64,000 bases of DNA from Limnochordia bacterium (lineage in GTDB: Bacteria; Bacillota; Limnochordia; DTU080), in contig JBMNJG010000011.1 of NCBI GenBank assembly GCA_050951545.1, positions 128,001-192,000 of the forward strand, in the 5' to 3' direction. Shown here piece by piece: positions 59,586 to 64,000 of the stretch (within the stretch, counting starts at the first letter, position 1; each line of letters starts with the position of its first letter). The notes beneath the pieces were generated by a model. The model worked only from the letters and a program-made list of their open reading frames with translations, did not search any database and had not been told where the DNA came from. A program made the translations under genes and the position numbers.

Positions 59586-61955
59586 ATGACGGGTGTGGGA
59601 GTTCGTCGGGGTCCGCAGAGGCTCAAGGCAAGCAAGTCCGTGGATCCCAAGGGACTGGTGTTTGCGTTGTTTCTCCTTTCGGGGAGCGTCAAGGCAGATC
59701 CTTTGTTGGCCTGGTTACCTGTTGATCTGACCCTGTTGTGCGCAGGTGCCAGTGTACTGCTTCTGTGGCGGGAGAGGCGGTGTGAGTCTGATGCTGGCCC
59801 CTGCAAGCCTTCTCGCGAGCTCTGGTGGATGTTGGGTTTGTTTGCTCTTTTCGTTCCGGCTGTACTCTGGACAAGCTGGACGCCGTACTCCGTGTGGAAG
59901 GTCAGTCGGTTGTTTACCCTGACCCTGTTAGCTGGCGTTGCTCCCTTTGTGCTCTTTCGCTCAGACGAGGATGTGTATCGGCTGCTTCATGCCCTTTGGC
60001 TCGTGGCACTGGCCATGGCTTTGTCATCGGCATTCGCCTACTTCACTGGCCGTGGCTCGGGTTCGCGGATTGTGGCTTCTGGGGTCGATACGACGGCCTT
60101 GGGTCGAGCAGCAGGGATGGCGATGCTCTGGTTGTTGTCGCAACGACTGGATGGGAGGGGCCATTGGGCGCTCTTTTGCGTAACAGGTGCTTTGCTTATG
60201 ATGGTGCTTCTCGGTACAGCCGCTAAGGGACCGATACTGGCTGCGGCGGTAAGCACGGGGTTGGTTGCTTGGTTGCGTGTGCGGGAGAAGCCAGGTGAGA
60301 TGATACGGATCGGAGCTTTGTTCGTTCTTCTCGGCCTACTGTTTCTCGTGGCCCGGGGTTATGTGGATGATTCTGCGTTGAGAAGGGTTGGTCAGCTCTT
60401 GCAGGGCAGGCTGACTGGTTCAGAATTGGAGCGTCTGTCTGCCTACGAGCAGTCGTGGGCCTTTGTGAAAAACCATCCCCTTGGGTTGGGGTGGGGGGGG
60501 TTTGCACGTTATGTGAACCTTTGGGAAGGCCTAGATCGCCAGTACCCCCACAATGTGGTGCTTGAGGTGCTGTTGGAGGGTGGTTGGCTGGCCGGTGCTG
60601 CCTTTGTCATTCTTATCTTGCTTTCACTGAGACGTGTCTATACAATGAGCCATGCATTCGAGGCAAGAGCGCTGCTCCCGCTGCTACTATTCTTTCTACT
60701 CAACGCCTTGGTGAGCGGCGACGTCAATGATAATCGGATGCTCTTCACTTTTATTGCGTTAGGGCTTCATACAGGAAGAAGGAGAGCATTGCCGCAGGAA
60801 TCACCTGCAAGAGTACAATGGCAGCCTGAGATTGTGCACCTGACCTCGGCTCATCCCGCCTGTGATGTGCGCATATTTCACAAAGAGTGCCGCGCCCTGG
60901 CCGCTGCGGGCTATAAGGTGGCCGTGGTGGGAAAACACCAGGGAGACGAGCTACGGGATGGCGTGCAAATCCGGGCTCTCAAGCAGTCATCGGGGCGTTT
61001 TGCCCGCTTCACCTCCACAGTAGCTGAGGTGTACCGTCTGGCCTTGCAGGAAGATGGACAGGTCTACCACTTTCACGATCCTGACCTGATTGCTGTGGGC
61101 ATGCTGCTCAAAATGCGTGGCAAGCGAGTCGTGTATGACGTACATGAGAACTTGCCACAGCAGATACTTTTCAAATTGTGGATTCCCGCACCCTTGCGTA
61201 AGTGCGTCAGTTGGGGAGCGGCGGTGATGGAGCATGGCGCGGGCCGCATCTTCGACGCTGTGGTGGCGGCTACACCAACCATTGGTAGTAGATTCCCGCA
61301 GGTCAAGACAGTCTTGGTGCAGAACTTCCCTGTTTTGGAGGAGTTGCCGCGCTCGGTTCAGCCTTACAAGCGCCGCGCACCCATTATTGCCTATCCAGGT
61401 GGACTGAGTGTGGACCAAGGGCTTCTGGAGCTGGTAAGAGCCATGGAGCTGCTACCGGAATCATTGGACGCACGCTTAGTGATGGCTGGCGAGTTTGACA
61501 CGCCTGAGCTGCGAGCACAGGTGGAGGGTATGTCGGGCTGGCGACGGGTTGAGTTTCTTGGATGGCAACAGCGCGACGAAGTGATGCAGCTTTTGGCTAC
61601 TGCTCAAGTAGGCATTGTCGTGGATCATCCGATTCCTAACTACATTGATGGCTACTCCACGAAGATGTTTGAGTATATGCTCGCAGGGCTGCCTGTGGTG
61701 GCCTCAAACTTTCCCCTGTGGCAGGAGATCATCGGGGAAGCTGGGTGCGGTCTTATGGTAGATCCCCATCAACCGGAAGAGGTGGCAGAGGCCATCGCCT
61801 GGTTACTTACTCATCCAGACGAAGCGCAGAAGATGGGTGACAGGGGGCGCCACGCAGTGTTGGAGCGGTTTAACTGGACCATAGAAGCGGAAAAGCTGCT
61901 TGGGCTCTACAGTGGTCTGATAGGTACCTCAGAGAATCCCGAGGTGTTGACATGA
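59586..61955 (+). CDS. O-antigen ligase/polymerase (Wzy_C) fused to a GT4 glycosyltransferase
   Basis: Multi-TM half with HPLGLGWGGF and YPHNVVLEVLLEGG, then H...DVRIFHKE, YDVHE and KMFEYM.AGLPVVAS. Confidence 0.82.
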   Translation: MTGVGVRRGPQRLKASKSVDPKGLVFALFLLSGSVKADPLLAWLPVDLTLLCAGASVLLLWRERRCESDAGPCKPSRELWWMLGLFALFVPAVLWTSWTPYSVWKVSRLFTLTLLAGVAPFVLFRSDEDVYRLLHALWLVALAMALSSAFAYFTGRGSGSRIVASGVDTTALGRAAGMAMLWLLSQRLDGRGHWALFCVTGALLMMVLLGTAAKGPILAAAVSTGLVAWLRVREKPGEMIRIGALFVLLGLLFLVARGYVDDSALRRVGQLLQGRLTGSELERLSAYEQSWAFVKNHPLGLGWGGFARYVNLWEGLDRQYPHNVVLEVLLEGGWLAGAAFVILILLSLRRVYTMSHAFEARALLPLLLFFLLNALVSGDVNDNRMLFTFIALGLHTGRRRALPQESPARVQWQPEIVHLTSAHPACDVRIFHKECRALAAAGYKVAVVGKHQGDELRDGVQIRALKQSSGRFARFTSTVAEVYRLALQEDGQVYHFHDPDLIAVGMLLKMRGKRVVYDVHENLPQQILFKLWIPAPLRKCVSWGAAVMEHGAGRIFDAVVAATPTIGSRFPQVKTVLVQNFPVLEELPRSVQPYKRRAPIIAYPGGLSVDQGLLELVRAMELLPESLDARLVMAGEFDTPELRAQVEGMSGWRRVEFLGWQQRDEVMQLLATAQVGIVVDHPIPNYIDGYSTKMFEYMLAGLPVVASNFPLWQEIIGEAGCGLMVDPHQPEEVAEAIAWLLTHPDEAQKMGDRGRHAVLERFNWTIEAEKLLGLYSGLIGTSENPEVLT

Positions 61956-62587
61956 GGTTTTCTAGGATTCTAGTTCTGGCTGCCCATACCGACGACGCCG
62001 AATTGGGATGCGGGGCCACGATGGCCCGTATGCTGGAGGAGGGGGTCGAGGTGTTCGTTGCTGCTTTCTCGACTGCCCAGGAATCTGTGCCAGCGGGATC
62101 GCCTGAAGATATCCTCAAGCAGGAGTTCACGAGGGCGATGGTGCTTCTGGGCATCCCCTCGACGCATATGAGGGTATTCGATTACCCAGTTCGTCGTCTC
62201 TCGTACTACCGGCAAGAGGTGCTTGATAGCCTGATCCAACTGAGGCGTAGCATACAACCCGATTTGGTCTTATTGCCCTCAGGAAGTGACGTGCATCAGG
62301 ATCACCAGGTGCTATACATGGAAGGGACACGCGCCTTTAAGGACATGTCGACTCTCGGCTATGAGTTACCTTGGAATCATATCGACTTTTCGGCTCAAGC
62401 TTTCGTCGTGGTCGAACGACATCACGTGGATCGTAAGTGGCTGGCGTTGCAGGCCTACGAATCGCAGTTTGAGCTTCAGCGGCCGTATTTCACTAAGGAG
62501 TTCATTGAGGGGCTGGCTAAGGTCAGGGGCATCCAGGTGAAGGCGGCCTATGCCGAGGCGTTTGAGGTCGTGAGGGTGAGATTATGA
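61952..62587 (+). CDS. PIG-L/LmbE family deacetylase
   Basis: AHTDDAELGCG, D.HQDH, Y.SQ and YAEAFE. Confidence 0.9.
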   Translation: MRFSRILVLAAHTDDAELGCGATMARMLEEGVEVFVAAFSTAQESVPAGSPEDILKQEFTRAMVLLGIPSTHMRVFDYPVRRLSYYRQEVLDSLIQLRRSIQPDLVLLPSGSDVHQDHQVLYMEGTRAFKDMSTLGYELPWNHIDFSAQAFVVVERHHVDRKWLALQAYESQFELQRPYFTKEFIEGLAKVRGIQVKAAYAEAFEVVRVRL

Positions 62588-63264
62588 TCGTCTCTATCCA
62601 TCAACCGAATCTGTGGCCCTGGCTGGGTTTCTTTGATAAGATGGCTGCTAGCGATCTGTTCATACTGCTGGACACAGTGCCTTTCACCAAGGGGGGATTT
62701 CAGAACCGGGTGCAGCTTAAGGGGACCAATGGGGCGCTCTGGCTTACGGTACCTGTGATCACCGCCAAGCGACTGGGGCAGTCCACTCTTGATGTGGAGC
62801 TGAACAGTAGCTCGCATTGGCAGCGCGATCACATGCGAAGTTTTCAGGCCTACTATGCGAAGACTGCAGCCTACGAGACGATGATGCCCGTGTTGGAGGA
62901 GCTCTATCGCCACCAATACCAGAAACTCACCAGCTTCACTGAACCGGGAATCGTCTGGATCGCCCAGATGCTCGGTATCGGTACTCGACTTGTCAAGGCC
63001 AGTGAGCTTAACGTCTCCGGATCAGGATCGCAGTTGCTGTGTGACCTTGTCAGGGAGGCCGGGGGCAGCACCTACCTTTCTGGGCCGAGTGGCCGGCGCT
63101 ATCTGGACGAGGAAGTCTTTCGTAAGCAGGGGATTGAAGTGCACTATCACAGCTTCACTCCTTTCCCCTACACGCAGCGATTCGGCGATTTCATTGGGGG
63201 CCTTAGTGCTCTTGATTATCTTTTCAACGAGCCAGATCTGGTGGCGTGGCAGAATCGGCCTTAA
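62584..63264 (+). CDS. wbqC: WbqC-family protein (putative glycyl transferase)
   Basis: SIHQP..PWLG.FDK, NR.......WLTVPV, YLSG..GR.YL and LS.LD.LFN. Confidence 0.9.
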   Translation: MIVSIHQPNLWPWLGFFDKMAASDLFILLDTVPFTKGGFQNRVQLKGTNGALWLTVPVITAKRLGQSTLDVELNSSSHWQRDHMRSFQAYYAKTAAYETMMPVLEELYRHQYQKLTSFTEPGIVWIAQMLGIGTRLVKASELNVSGSGSQLLCDLVREAGGSTYLSGPSGRRYLDEEVFRKQGIEVHYHSFTPFPYTQRFGDFIGGLSALDYLFNEPDLVAWQNRP

Positions 63265-63285
63265 CGTCTGGTTGGAGGGAAAGCA

Positions 63286-64000
63286 TTGCGTGTATGGTTG
63301 GTGACGGTCGGAGAGCCTGTGCCCCTTGATGACGGTAGGCGGGATCGTCTGCATCGGGTGGGTATGCTAGCTGAAGCACTAGTGGCCCGTGGCCACGAGG
63401 TGCTCTGGTGGACCTCTAGTTTCGATCATTTTCGCCGGAAACAGCGGTTCTCTGCGGATACCACGATGAGTATCAGTGAGGGGTACCGGCTGCGCTTTCT
63501 GCGGTCGGTGGGCTATCAGCGTACGATCTCCGTGAGGCGTCTCATCGATCACTGGGAGCTGGCCCGTAAATTCGCCACTCAGGCCGTTCAGGAGCCCGTG
63601 CCTGACGTGATCCACTGTTCGTTGCCAACGATTGAGCTTTCTGTGGCTGCTACGGCCTACGGTAAGAAGCACGGGGTCCCCGTGGTGATCGACGCCCGCG
63701 ATCAGTGGCCCGATATCTTCCTGGAGGTACTGCCCCTTTGGGGTAGAAACCTGGGCAGGGCAGTTCTCGCGCCGATGTTTTCGGCAGTCCGGCAGGCCTG
63801 TCGAGATGCCACGGCCTTGTGGGGCATCACTCCGGGCTATGTGGACTGGGCTCTGGCATATGCTGGTCGCGCACGCACCGCCAAAGACCAGGATTTTCCC
63901 CTGGGGTACGACGGCAGACCGCCGTCAGCAGAAGAACAGGCCCAGGCGATCCACTTTTGGGCCGATTTGGGACTGCGATCAGAGAACGATGATTTCATAG
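63286..64000 (+). CDS. GT4 family glycosyltransferase, 3-prime truncated by the window edge (absent from the ORF track)
   Basis: TTG start after GGAGG; translates MRVWLVTVGEPVP...LAEALVARGHEVLWWTSSFDH...VVIDARDQWPDIF. Confidence 0.85.
   Translation, partial: MRVWLVTVGEPVPLDDGRRDRLHRVGMLAEALVARGHEVLWWTSSFDHFRRKQRFSADTTMSISEGYRLRFLRSVGYQRTISVRRLIDHWELARKFATQAVQEPVPDVIHCSLPTIELSVAATAYGKKHGVPVVIDARDQWPDIFLEVLPLWGRNLGRAVLAPMFSAVRQACRDATALWGITPGYVDWALAYAGRARTAKDQDFPLGYDGRPPSAEEQAQAIHFWADLGLRSENDDFI

Noticed and set aside
136-63672. Numerous 60-240 aa alternative-frame and antisense ORFs in the ORF track
   Set aside because: They overlap well-supported genes and are expected at this GC content.
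1-64000. CRISPR arrays, tRNA/rRNA, prophage, integrase, reverse transcriptase, long tandem repeats
   Set aside because: None seen by eye; intergenic gaps are short and show no periodic repeats.

Overview
Gene-dense chromosomal window of about 55 CDS from a moderately GC-rich, spore-forming Bacillota. It has a spoVAC-AD-AE operon and a sigE-type promoter on a YhbB-like amidase. It also encodes an SLH plus beta-barrel-like outer-membrane protein and an O-antigen/capsule-type cluster, which suggests a diderm lineage such as Limnochordia (inference). Most of the window is carbohydrate and housekeeping metabolism, ending in a surface-polysaccharide locus (50126 to the window end). No rRNA, tRNA or CRISPR array was seen. 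The most unusual feature is a 2.2 kb cassette (about 23950-26170) containing an XRE-HTH ORF, a catalytically dead IS256 DDE half, an IS256 N-terminal half that stops where the dead half begins, and a second XRE-HTH. It lies between two copies of a 9-bp direct repeat, next to an orphan ParB. Other notable items are a nucleotidyltransferase-GHMP kinase fusion with an altered sugar pocket, an orphan zinc-ribbon N6-adenine methyltransferase, a recurring sigH-like promoter motif, a pseudoknot/REP-like intergenic element and a Wzy-GT4 fusion. All calls come from reading motifs by eye; no database searches were run.
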